Assembly (NCBI GenBank): GCA_013239625.1
Contig: MU053418.1
Location: 62,001-126,000, forward strand
Direction of reading: 5' to 3'
From: Lama guanicoe
Lineage: Eukaryota
DNA: 64,000 nucleotides
Position numbers and translations under genes: made by a program. Shown piece after piece: positions 39,978 through 51,309 of this stretch (position 1 is its first letter; each line of letters opens with the position of its first letter). A model generated the notes under the pieces. The model made no database searches, was not told where the DNA came from, and was given only the letters and a program-made list of their open reading frames with translations.

Positions 39978-41088
39978 CTAAACATTAAAGCTTTTGCACA
40001 GCTAAGGATACCATCAACAAAACAGAAAGACAATCTACAGAATAGGAGAAAATATTTGCAAATGATGTGGCTGACAAGTGACTAATTTTCAAAATATACA
40101 AACAGCACATATCACTACCAAAAAAACCCAAGCAATCCAATCAAAAAATGGGCAGAAGACCTAAATAAACATCTTTCCAAAGAGGACAGACAGATGGACA
40201 ATAAGCACATGAAAAGATGTTCAACATCACTAAATGTTAAAGAAATGCAAATCAAAACTACAACTACATATCACCTCGGATCAGTCAGAAATGCCATCAT
40301 TAAAAAGTCCACAAATGGTAAGTGCTGGAGAGGGTGTGCAGAAAAAGCAACCCTCTTAACGCTGTTGGTGGGAATGTAAATTGGTGCAGCCACTATGGAG
40401 GACAGTATGGAGGTTCCTTAGAAAACTAAAAATAGACTTACCATGTGTTCTGGCAGTCCCAGTCCTGGGCATATACCCAGAGAAAAATATAACTCAAAAA
40501 GACATGCACCCCAATGTTCATGGCAGCACTGTTTGCAATAGCCAAGACATGGAAACAACCCAAAAGTCCATCAACAGATGACTAGATGAAGAAGATGTGA
40601 TATAATATATTCAATGGAATGCTACTTAGCCGTTAAAAAGAATAAAATAATGCCATTTGCAGCAACTTGGATGGTCCTGGAGATCATCATTCTATGTGAA
40701 GTAAGCCAGAAAGAGAAAGAAAAATGCCATATGATATCATTTATATGTGGAATCTTAAAAAAAAGGACACAGATGAACTACTTATTATTTATAAGTTGGA
40801 ATGATTGATTTCTTGAGTACGTGTAAGCACATTTGACTGTCCCTTATGATTGGATTACCGCATTCTGTTGATTCTCATTTTGTGGTTGGCTTTATTCCTT
40901 TGATAACTATGTAAGTTTAAAAAGCCAAAGCTCTAAATTGTTCTTAGAAACAATGAACAGTATGTATATGTAAATTTAAAAAATATGTACAGTATATTGC
41001 ATATATGTATTTACATGCAATATATTGTATATGTGCAGTTAAATCGTGTCAATTTTACCTAATAAAACAGAAAAATGAAAAAAAAAAA
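39978..41088 (+). mobile_element. 5'-truncated young L1 with an atypical 3' end
   Basis: Perfect 17-bp TSD aagaaatggaccaaatg (39961-39977, 41089-41105), ORF2 C-terminus and A tail. Confidence 0.9.
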
Positions 41089-41370
41089 AAGAAATGGACC
41101 AAATGTCTGTGGTCCCCATTCCTGCTACACTACCTTCTCCCTCCCAGCATGCATCTATGTCCTCATGGAGAGTTGTCTATGATCAGTAGACAGAGAAAGA
41201 GAGAAATAGGACCTGGTTTACATATGGTCCTGCAAAATATGTAGGCATTTACCAAAAGTGAGCAAGTGCAGCACTGCTGGCCCTTTCTGGAACATTCTTG
41301 AACAAACCATAAAGGAAAATCTTCCTAGTGGGCAGAATTTTAAAAAGGGCCCCTGGTGGTTCATTTTGCT

Positions 41371-42457
41371 TGTTTAAAGAAAAAACTGTTTTCCACCTAG
41401 GAGTATCTTTTACTTTCACATAGAACACACACAGGACACTTCCAGTCTTCAAATGTGTGGAGGTTTTTCCTTGTAGCAAGTAATTCAGTGACACCAGATG
41501 GATGTCTTACAATTTACCTCAATCTTAACACTATGTACCTGGAGATAGTGTCAGATCACACAGGTTAAGGGCTCATTCCCACAAGACTTCTCCTACCCTA
41601 CTACGATCAGATGCCAACTGCAGGTAGTAGGTCCCCAGGTTACCCACAACTTCTGTCCAATTTGTCTACAAACTGGAGGTTCCCACAACACTCAGGTTTG
41701 ATTAATTTCCTAGAGCAGCTCACTGAACTCATGTAAACACTTAACATTTATCAGCTTATTAAAGGATATGATAAGGAATACAGGTGTGTAGCCAGATGAG
41801 GAGGTACATAAGGCAAGGTCTGAGAGTATCCTGAGTTGGGGTGTTTCATCCTCATGGTGTGGATTTTTTCACCAATGTGGAAGCTCCCTGAACCCCATCC
41901 TTTGGGGATTTTATGGGGTCTTCCTCACATAGGCATGACCAATTATGAGCTCCATTTCTAGCCCCTTTCTGGAAGATGAGGACTGGGGCTCAAAATTCCA
42001 AGCTTCTTTTTAAAAAAAAATTTATTGCAGCTTATTTTTTAAAAACTTTATTAATATTTTGGAGGGAGGTAATTAGGCTTATTCATTTATTTTTAGTGGA
42101 GGTCAGGACCTCGTGCTTGCTAAGCATGTACTCTACCACTGAGCTATATCCTCCCCACTGGAAATTCCAAGCTTCTAATCGAGACTTGGTCTTACTGGTG
42201 ACCAGGCCCCATCCAGGAGCCATCCAGGGGCCCACTCAGAGTCTCCTCAGCAGAAAAGATGCTCCTACTGCTCTTATCAGTTAGTAATTTACAAGGGTTT
42301 CAGGAGCCCTGTGAAAGGGATGGGGTCAAAGGCAAATATTAGAACAAAAGATGCTTCTAGTGCTCTTACCCCTTAGGAAATTACAAAGGTTTCAGAAGCT
42401 CTGTGCCAGGAACCTGGGTCAGAGATGTATATATAATATTCATTCTGTTATCTCACA
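41371..42457 (-). mobile_element. MER21-like solo LTR
   Basis: Minus strand begins tgtgagataac..ccaggttcctggcacagagc and shows the typical internal repeat. The host ERVL sequence ttttgct|tggaagg is rejoined across it. Confidence 0.75.
42008..42161 (-). mobile_element. Camelid-type tRNA-Ala-derived SINE (Vic-1 like)
   Basis: Minus strand GGGGAGGATATAGCTCAGTGGTAGAGTACATGCTTAGCAAGCACGAGGTCCTG..CCTAATTACCTCCC, then an A-rich tail. Perfect 15-bp TSD aaattccaagcttct (41993-42007, 42162-42176). Confidence 0.88.
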
Positions 42458-42934
42458 ACTTGGAAGGAGAAACAACAAGACATGCAATTACACTAATTCA
42501 TGGGCTATGGTCTGTCATTTGGCTTGATAGTCAGGGACTTGGCAGAAAGACGACTGGAAAATTGGTGACAACAAAGTCTAGGGAAAAGCTAGGTGGACAG
42601 ACTTCTCTGAATGGGCAAAAAAAAAAAAGTGAAAATATTTGTGTCCCAGGTAAATGTTCACCAAGAGGTGACCTCAGCAGAGAAAATTTAAATAATAAGT
42701 AGATAAGTGATGGAATGACTTGTTCTCTGGATACAGGTCCAACTCTTTACCCCAGCCACACCTGTCATCACCCAATGGGCCCATGAACAAAGTGGCTATG
42801 ATGGTAAGGATGGAGGTTCCACATGAGTTCAGCAACACAGGCTTCCACTCACCAAGGCCAATGTGGCTATAGCAGCCACTGAGAGCCCAACATGCCGGCA
42901 GCAGAGACCAACACTGCCTGCTATGTGTGCATAT

Positions 42935-43021
42935 ATCTTTGTATACACACACATACATATATATAAGATAAAAACAAATATATAATTTATATATAGATAT
43001 ATATGTCTATCTATATCTATC

Positions 43022-43054
<33 letters not shown>

Positions 43055-43065
43055 AAGATATCTAT
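42935..43065. repeat. (TA)n/(TCTA)n microsatellite
   Basis: Seen directly. Confidence 0.85.
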
Positions 43066-43949
43066 ATGACACCATTCCTGAGGGTGATCAGTCATCTACC
43101 TGGAGACACGCTGATTATATCAGACTGCTTCCATCATAGAAGGAGCATGGTACTCCACACAGCATTGCTTCTGATCAAGGAACTCTCTTCACAGCAAATG
43201 AAGTGAGGTGATAAGCCTATGCTCATGGAATTCATTAGTCATTCCACTTTCGCTACCATCCTGAAGCAGGTGGCTTGATTGAATGTTTTGAAGATTCAGT
43301 TACAGTGCCAGCTAGGTGTCAATACCTTGCATAAACTGAGGCAAGGTTCTCCAGGAGGCTGTATGTGCTCGGAATCAGCGTTGAGTATTTGGTGCTATTT
43401 CCCCCGCAGCCAGGATTCACAGGTCATGGAATCAAGGGGTGGAGATGAGATTTGCATTACTCACTATTATCCACAATGACCCTATAGCAATTTTTTTGCT
43501 TTCTGTCCCTACAACCTTCTGCTCTGCTGGCCTAGAGGTATTAGGCCCAAAGGGGGAAATAAATCAATTGAACTGGAAGTTAAGATTGTCACCAGGCCAC
43601 GTTGGGCTCCTCATGCCTCCAATTCAATAAGCCAAAAAGGGAGATCTTGTGATGATTGGGGTGATTGATCCTGGCTACCAAAAAGAAATTGGACTGCTAC
43701 TGCACAATGGAGGTAAGGAACAGTATGTCTGGAACATGTTTCCTTAGGGCTTTTCTTAGTATTTCCAAGTCCTGTGATTAAAGTCAATCAAACACTATAA
43801 TAAACCAATTCAGGCAAGACTAATAATGACACAATGTCCTCTGTTCCATGCAAACTGGCTGCTGGATTGAGAGGCCCAATCATGCTGAGGGTGATCACTT
43901 CAGCAAGACTACTCATAATGTGTGTTCTTTTACTAAGAGACTTATAATT

Positions 43950-45580
43950 AACTGGCAGGCTCTCTTTGTGATGTAACAAGTAATGACACTATTAATTCAC
44001 TGGAGTTTGCAAAATAATAATCTCCTAATTCTATCATTACATTTAAAAGATAGATTTTAAGTTTAGAGTAATTTTAGATTTATAGAAAACTTGAGAAGAT
44101 AGTAGGGAGTTTCCATATAACCCAAACCATCTAATTCCCCCTATTATTAGATTTTATATCAATATGGCACGTTTGTTACAATTAATGAACTAATACTGAT
44201 AAATGACTATTAATAGCCACACTTTGCTCAGATTTTCTTAGTTTTTAACCTAATGTCATTTTCTGTCCCAGGACCCTATCCAGAATATCACATTACATTT
44301 GATTGTCATGTCAACTTAAGCATTTCTTGGCTATGACAGTTTCTCAGACTTTCCTTGTTTTGTATGACCTTAGCAGTTTTGAGAAGTACTGGTCAGGTAC
44401 TTTTCAGTATGCCTCTTAACCAACATTTGAAATTTTTCTCAAGATCAAATAAACGGTGGTTGCGGGATTTGGGGAGGAAGGGCACACAGGTGAAGTGCCG
44501 CTTTCATCACATCATACCGAAGGTACATATCATCAACATGATTTATCACTGTTGATAATGCCCTTGGTCACCTGTTCGTCTAGTTTCTCCATGGTCAAGT
44601 TACATTTTTATGTCCTTTCCATACTGTACACTTTGGAAGGAGCAACCACGCAGACCCATGGGAATGGGGATTTTTATGCTCCCCATCCTTGGGGGCAATC
44701 TTACTTGAAATTCTACATAGGAGATCTGTCTCTTCTCCCCCAATTATTTAGTCAATAATGTTTTAATATTGGTATGGACTCATCTTTATTTTATAATTGG
44801 GTAATAATACAAGTTGCTTTAGGTTTGGCCATCAGCAGCTATTTTAGTTGGCTCCTGTGACTCTTTGGCACATCCTCATCAAGGTTGGTGGCGTTTTTGT
44901 TTTTGCTTTTTTGAGCACTTCCTTATTTTCCAGTACTCTAAGATGCTTCAGGTTCCTCCTATATATTTCCTGCCCCAGTCCTAGAAGCTGCAATTTCTCC
45001 AAGAAGCCCTGGTTCCTTTTATGAGAGAATGGTATTAGTAATCAAGATCCAGGCACTGCATGGACATACTGCTACTAGGGTATATTGGTGCTTTTACACT
45101 CAGCTGACAGAGCAAGGGACTATTTTGTATATATTAACGTCTATATAAGCCTATTTATAAAATTCTCATATGTAACCACGTGTATCTGTATTAAATTAAA
45201 TAAACATGAGATCATACTGATGTTTCACTCAAATCCAGTACCATTTGGATCCTTCTAGCCTCCTCTTTTGCTGATATGTAACCTCCGATTGCAATAGTGT
45301 GGCTCCCCGACCTGCCAGCCACTTTCTTAATTGTTTCATTTCAGTATAAATGTATAGCAGTATCAGAATTGTTCACATACCCCACGGAAACAACTTTATC
45401 AACTAGAGTAGAATGCTTATGTGTAGTTTCTTTTTTTTCTTGAAACTTACAGTCTCCACTCATTTCCAAAATCATTTAGCATCTTTTCCCCCCACCTCCT
45501 TCAGTGAGGTTGTTTCATAGACTCTCTTGTCATACCTTCCTGGTATCCCAGGAACTTCTTTCTCTCTCTCTCGCTCTCTC

Positions 45581-45620
<40 letters not shown>

Positions 45621-46330
45621 TATACACTCTGTGTGTATATATGTGTATATATATATATACACATACACACACATACATATATAAATTTTATAATATAAAA
45701 TATATTATATATATATACACATATATATATAAATTAAATACATAAAATAAAATACATATATGCCAATATTAAGGTTCCTATTTATGCTCTAAACTACTGT
45801 AAGTTTGGACAAATGCATAATGTCATGTATCCATCATTATGGTATTATACAGAATAATAAGTAGCTTCATCACTCACAAAAAAATATTCTGTGCTTCATC
45901 TATTCAACCCTCCCAACTCTTGCAAATACTGCTCATTTTCCTCTCTATAGTTTTGTCTCTTTCAAAGTCATATAATATGAATCATACATTATGTAGCCCT
46001 TTCAGACTGGTTTCTTCCACTAAGCAATATGCATTTAAGTTTCCTCCATGACTTTTAGTGGCTTAACACCTCATTTCTTCTGATCACTGAATAATATTCC
46101 ATTGTATAGATGTACCACAATTTGTTTACCCATTCACCTATTGAAAGGTCTCTTGGTTACTTCCAATTTTGGAAACAATAAAGCTGCTATAAATATTCAC
46201 ATGCAAGCTTTTGTGTGAATGTAAGTTTTCAAATAAGTTGAGTAATTACCTAGGAGAGCAATGGCTAGATTGTATGATAAGACTGTGTTTAGCTTTAGCT
46301 GTGTGTAAGTAATTGCCAAAGTTTGCAAAT
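43950..46330 (-). mobile_element. Nested old L1MC/MD-type 3' ends, with a (TC)n/(TA)n tract at ~45560-45760
   Basis: Reverse-complement L1 3'UTR patterns (ttgttacaattaatgaac, aataatattccattgtatag, aaagctgctataaatattc). Confidence 0.75.
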
Positions 46331-46384
46331 ATTTTCAACCTCAGTGTATAGTAAGACCTACATTTTAATTCATAACCCAATACA

Positions 46385-46560
46385 AACATTCATTCAAGAT
46401 TCATTCATTGAGTATTAACAATGTGCCAGCTTTAGGCACTGGAGTTAGTGTGTAAAATAGATAAAACTTGCAGTTCTGATGGAGTTTACATTCTAGTGAG
46501 GGACTATAAAATAATAAAGAGACTAAATAAAATATTTTGTATACTAAATGACACCTTGGT
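46385..46560 (-). mobile_element. L2 3' remnant
   Basis: cattcattcaa..ttgagt..atgtgccag..taggcactggag..gagtttacattctagt. Confidence 0.6.
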
Positions 46561-46604
46561 AAAAAGTTAAAGTAGTAATGTGGGATAAAGAGTTCACAGA
46601 AAAG

Positions 46605-46990
46605 GAGAAACTATGGAGACAATGAAAAGGTCAGGAGTTGGGGTGGAGATGGAACGATGAATAGGCAGAGTGCAGAGGACTTTTGGGGCAGTGAAAATAC
46701 TCTGTATGATACCATAATGAATGATACATGTCATCTATACATTTGCCCAAACCCATAGGATGTGCAACACCAAGGGTGAACTGTAATGTAAACTATGGAC
46801 TTTTAAAGGATTATGGTGTGTCAATGTAGGTCCATCAGTTGCAACATACGCACCACTCTTCTGGGAGAAGTTGGTAATAGTGGAGGCTATGCACGTGTGG
46901 AAGGCAGGTGGTAAATGGGAAATCTCTGTACCTTCCCCTCAATTTTGCTGAGAACCTAAAACTGTTCTTAAAAAAGTCTTACTTTTTTTA
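46605..46990 (+). mobile_element. L1MB-type 3' end
   Basis: Homologous to 720-1110. Confidence 0.8.
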
Positions 46991-47009
46991 AAGCTACCTC
47001 TGTACATAG

Positions 47010-47712
47010 GTACTAGTCTGCTAAGGCTGTTGTCTCACTCTATTCAGGTTGCTATAACAAAACACCACGCATTAAGTAGCTTATCAACAGAGAAATTTAT
47101 TTTTCACAGTTCTGGCAGGTGGGGACTCCAAGATTAATGCACAAGCATGGTTGCATTCTGGTGACAGCCCTCTTCCTGGTTATAGCCAGCACCTCACACG
47201 GTGGAAAGGCTGGGGAGCTCTGATCCCATTCATGATGGTTCCACTCTCCTGACCTAATCACCCCCAAAGGCCCTACCTCCTAATGCTATCGTACGGGGGA
47301 TTAGATGTCAACATATGAATTTGAGGCAGGGTGGGGGGAACCACAAACATTCAGCTGCCATAAGAAAATACCACAGACTGGGTGACTTTAAAAAAATTTT
47401 TGCTCAGTTCTGGAAGTCCAAGATCAGGGTGTTGGTAGGTTAGTTTTCTCCTAAGGTCTCTCTCCTTGGCTTTCAGATGGCCTCCTTCTCAAATGTCCTC
47501 AAATGTCCTTTTCTCTGTGCATGAGCATCCCTGGTGTCTCTTCCTCTTCTTATAAGGACACCAGCCATATTGGATTAGGGCCCCAACCCTTACGACATCA
47601 CTAAACTTTATCTCTTTAAAAGCCCTATCTTCCAAACAGTTACACTGAGATTAGGGCTTCAATCTATGGATTTCAGGGTGGGGATGGGGGGGATTATCCA
47701 GTCCAGGACAAT
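47010..47712 (-). mobile_element. Two nested MLT1 (MaLR) LTRs
   Basis: Two successive gctataacaaaacacc / gccataagaaaataccacagactgggtg starts. Confidence 0.75.
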
Positions 47713-47855
47713 ATGTAACTGATTATAAAAATTTTCACAAAATAGTTATTACCTATATCTGTAATGAATTCTGATACTATCTATTTTATTCTAGTTCGTT
47801 AAAAATATTAGCCCTGATTTACTGAACTGATTTCACAGTTCCTTTATAGACCATT

Positions 47856-50800
47856 GTGGTTGCTTTGTAATGTGTTACCTAGACTAGGCTGAACTACATT
47901 TCTCAGAGTTCCCTTTCCTGTACGTTTCCCACTGGGATGGATTATAAAAGATGTTTTAATGTTTTAATAGAAACCTGAGGAACATGTTTGGGATCAAAGT
48001 GGAAAAAATATATAATTAGATCAGGTTTAATTTATTGATGTGGTCTCACTAAGATGATATTTTGAATATTCTAGCTTGAGGGGCTAGTAATGATTTCTAA
48101 TTCTTCGCCTGATTTGGTTGACCAAAATACAGTCCGACACTAAAGAATTTGAATTACCAGACTTCCTTGGTACACCATAAAGGAAAGTGTCCAAAAGCTT
48201 AGGAATGTTTGAATGTTAGAGGGTAGTTATATAAGACTTGCTCACCAACCCTGGAAGGTCCAGAGGACATGCCTTTTGTCAGGCAAACCCCAGAATTCTT
48301 GAAGAGTTCTGTGGTTGAACTTCTGTAAGTCAGAAATTACAGGGATCGCTACCTTCAAATAAGGATGTGTAAGTCCAATGGGGATGCTGAGATCCTAGGG
48401 TAGCTGGTGCAAAATGTGACACTTAACTGTTCAAAAACATGGGCATGGTTACTGTAATGGACAGTGAAGCCAAGGCAGCAAAAGAACAGTTTGGCTTAAA
48501 GAGATATTTGGTGTTTAAGAGTTGATCACGGTGTAGCTAGAATTAAAATATATGGAGAGAGCCCACTAAAGTCTTCATCTAAGTGGAAAATCTCTGGGTA
48601 TAATGCACAGGAATATGACTAAAATCACCAAAAGAGTCACGCCCCCTCAATCAATTCCCAACCCTAAGCCAGTTTTACAGACTTAGAGTGTCCCTTGAAT
48701 AGAGGAGTGTCCAGATCTTCTTGGGGAAGAACCTGCTACACATCCAAAAGCATATAGTGTTAATCTTCCTCCCAGCGTTTCCCAAAGGAACCTACATCCA
48801 TTTACCAGTGTGACTGTGACTGGGTAGGGGGAAGAGATCAGAGTTTTGAGGGATTCCCAAACACTGGCTCTGAAGTGATGCTAATTCTCAGTGACCCAAA
48901 AAATCACTGGTGTACACCATTCAAAGTATGGGCTCATGAAGGTCAAGTGATTTATCTCACGGTGGACTCAGTGTGTTCCAGCCCCTTAGCATGGTTCTTT
49001 CCTCAACTGTGGAGTGCATAATTGGAATAGAGACACCAGAAATTTTCAGAATCCTCCCACTGGTTCCTTGACCTGTCAAGCGAGAGCTATTACAGTGGTA
49101 AAGGCCTTATGGAAGTCATCAGAACTGCCTTTACCCACGAAAATGAGAAACCAAAAGCAATATCGCATTCTTGGAGGGACTGCAAGTGTTAGTGCCACCA
49201 TCAAGGAAAAACCCAGGGGTGGCAATTCCTACCACATCTCCATTCAACTTACCTATATGGCCTGCAGAGAAGACATATGGATCTTAGATAATGGCAGTGA
49301 ACTATCATAAATTTAATCAGGTGGTGACTCTATTTGCAGGTATATTTCCAGATATGGTTTTGTTGCTGGAACAAATCAACACCTCTCTTGGTACCTGGTG
49401 TGCAGTTACCTAGTGGCAAAGTGGCAAAGGCTCTCTTTTTTTCTTCTCTATAAGTTAGTAAATACCATCATAGGAAGTTTGCTTTTCTGCTGGCAAGACC
49501 AGCAATACACCTTCGCTGTCCTACCTCAAGGGCATATCAACTCTTCACCCATGTATCATAGTCTAGTCTACAGAGATCTGGATTGTACTTTTCTTCCATC
49601 ACACACCTTGCTGGTCCACTACACTGATGATGTAATGCTGACTGAACCTACCGTGCAGGAAGGAGCAACTACTCAAGACACCCTGGCAACATACTGGTGT
49701 GCCTGGGAGTGGGAGACCCCACAGAGACTCAGGGTTCTGCTACCTTGGTAAGATTTCTAAGGGCTGAGTGATGTGGGGCATGTTAAGATATTCCTTCCAA
49801 AGTGAAGATGTTGCTGCATCTGGTCTTTCCTACCACCAGGAAAGTGGTACAACTACTGGGCCACCTTGAATTCTGGAGACAGCATATGCCACACTGGCAC
49901 CTGCTGCTCCAAGCCATTTACTGAGTTACCAGAAAAGCTACCAATTTTGAGTGGGGTCCAAAACAAGAGACTGTTCTACAACAGATCCAAGCTGCCAAGC
50001 ACACTGCTGTGCCTTTTGGGGGTACATTATCCAGAGGATCCAATGTTGCTTAAGTGTAGGTAGTGGATGAGGATCCTGTTCAGAGCCTTTGGCAGGCCCC
50101 TGTACGTGAATCACATAAGCAAAGTCATGCTATCCTCTGTGAACAACTATTCTCTTTTTCAGAAACAGCTTTTGGTTTGCCTGCTGGTGGGCCTTCGTGG
50201 ATACTGACATTTAACCAAGGGCTACCAAGTCACCATGTGAACCTGAGCTGCCCATCAAGAACTGACTGCTCTCTGATGCATCATGCCATACGACTGGATG
50301 TTCACAGCAGCACTTCATCATTATTTGGAAACAGCATATACAAGATTAGGCTCCAGCAGATCCTGAAGGGACAAGTATGCCCAAAAGCCCCACTGGTGCT
50401 ATATTCCATTCACCTTTCTCTCAGTCCACAGCTATGTCCTCATGAGGACTTCCCTATAACCAGTTGACCAGGAAAGAAAACAAATTTCGGGCTTGGGTTA
50501 GATAATTCTGCATGGTATGCAGCACCACCACTCCACTCTGAAATTGTCCTGAAAGTCAGTGGTAAAAGGCAATCATTCAAGTGGGCAGAAATCTGAGCAG
50601 TGCACCTGGTTTATTCTGCCCGAAAGAAGAGATGACCAAAGCTATGCGTCTACACCGACTCATGCATAGTAGCTAATGGTTCAGCTGAATGGTCAAGGAT
50701 TAGGAAGGAGTACATCGGAAAATCTGTAAATAGGAGTTCTGGGGAAAACGGTGCACAGAGCTTTCCAAATGGGTACAGAGAGGGAAGGTATTTGTGTACC

Positions 50801-51280
50801 ATATGAATGGTCACCAAAGGGTGATCTCACCAGAATATTTAATAATTAGGTGAAAGACAGATTCTATGGATGTCAATCTCCTTCTGTCCGTCAGCCCCTT
50901 TCTCCAACTACTTCTGACCTTGCCAAGTGGGCTCATGAATCAAGTGGCTGCAGCAGCAATGAAGGAGATCACGCATGGGCTCAGCAACAGGGAATTCCAC
51001 TCATCAAGGCCGATCTGGCTAAAAGCCTAATCTGACAACAGCAGAGGCCAACAATGAACAGCTAACTTGGCAACACTCCCTAAATGGATCAGCTAGCTAC
51101 TTGTTACCAGGTTGATTCCATTAGACCATTTCCATTACAAAAGGGGACAGTACTTTGTACTTACTGTCAAAGATATTTACTCTGTACATGGGTTTGCCTT
51201 CCCTGCCTGCCATGCATCGGTCATAAGCAACGCTGATAGATTTACAGGAGGCCTCATCCACCACCATGGTATTCCCAGAT
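47856..51280 (+). mobile_element. ERVL-class element: LTR stub (MLT2F/LTR52-like) plus decayed gag-pro-pol
   Basis: Protease-like NTGSEVMLI at ~48860; RT WQDQQYTFAVLPQGHINS..LVHYTDDVML; integrase-region LAKWAHESSG. Confidence 0.85.
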
Positions 51281-51309
51281 TTGGGCTCCAAGAGCCATGA
51301 GAGGAGGCT

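Larger units (their letters stand above)
38990..43830 (+). mobile_element. ERVL internal region (RT end, RNase H, integrase, dUTPase remnants) hosting nested MLT2, L1, MER21 and SINE
   Basis: dUTPase-like NWKLRLSPGHVGLLMP followed by GVIDPGYQ. Homologous to 49750-51280. Confidence 0.8.

Noticed and set aside
42100..42156. tRNA-Ala-like sequence as a tRNA gene
   Set aside because: It lacks the T arm and 3' acceptor strand, and has a SINE body, A tail and TSD.
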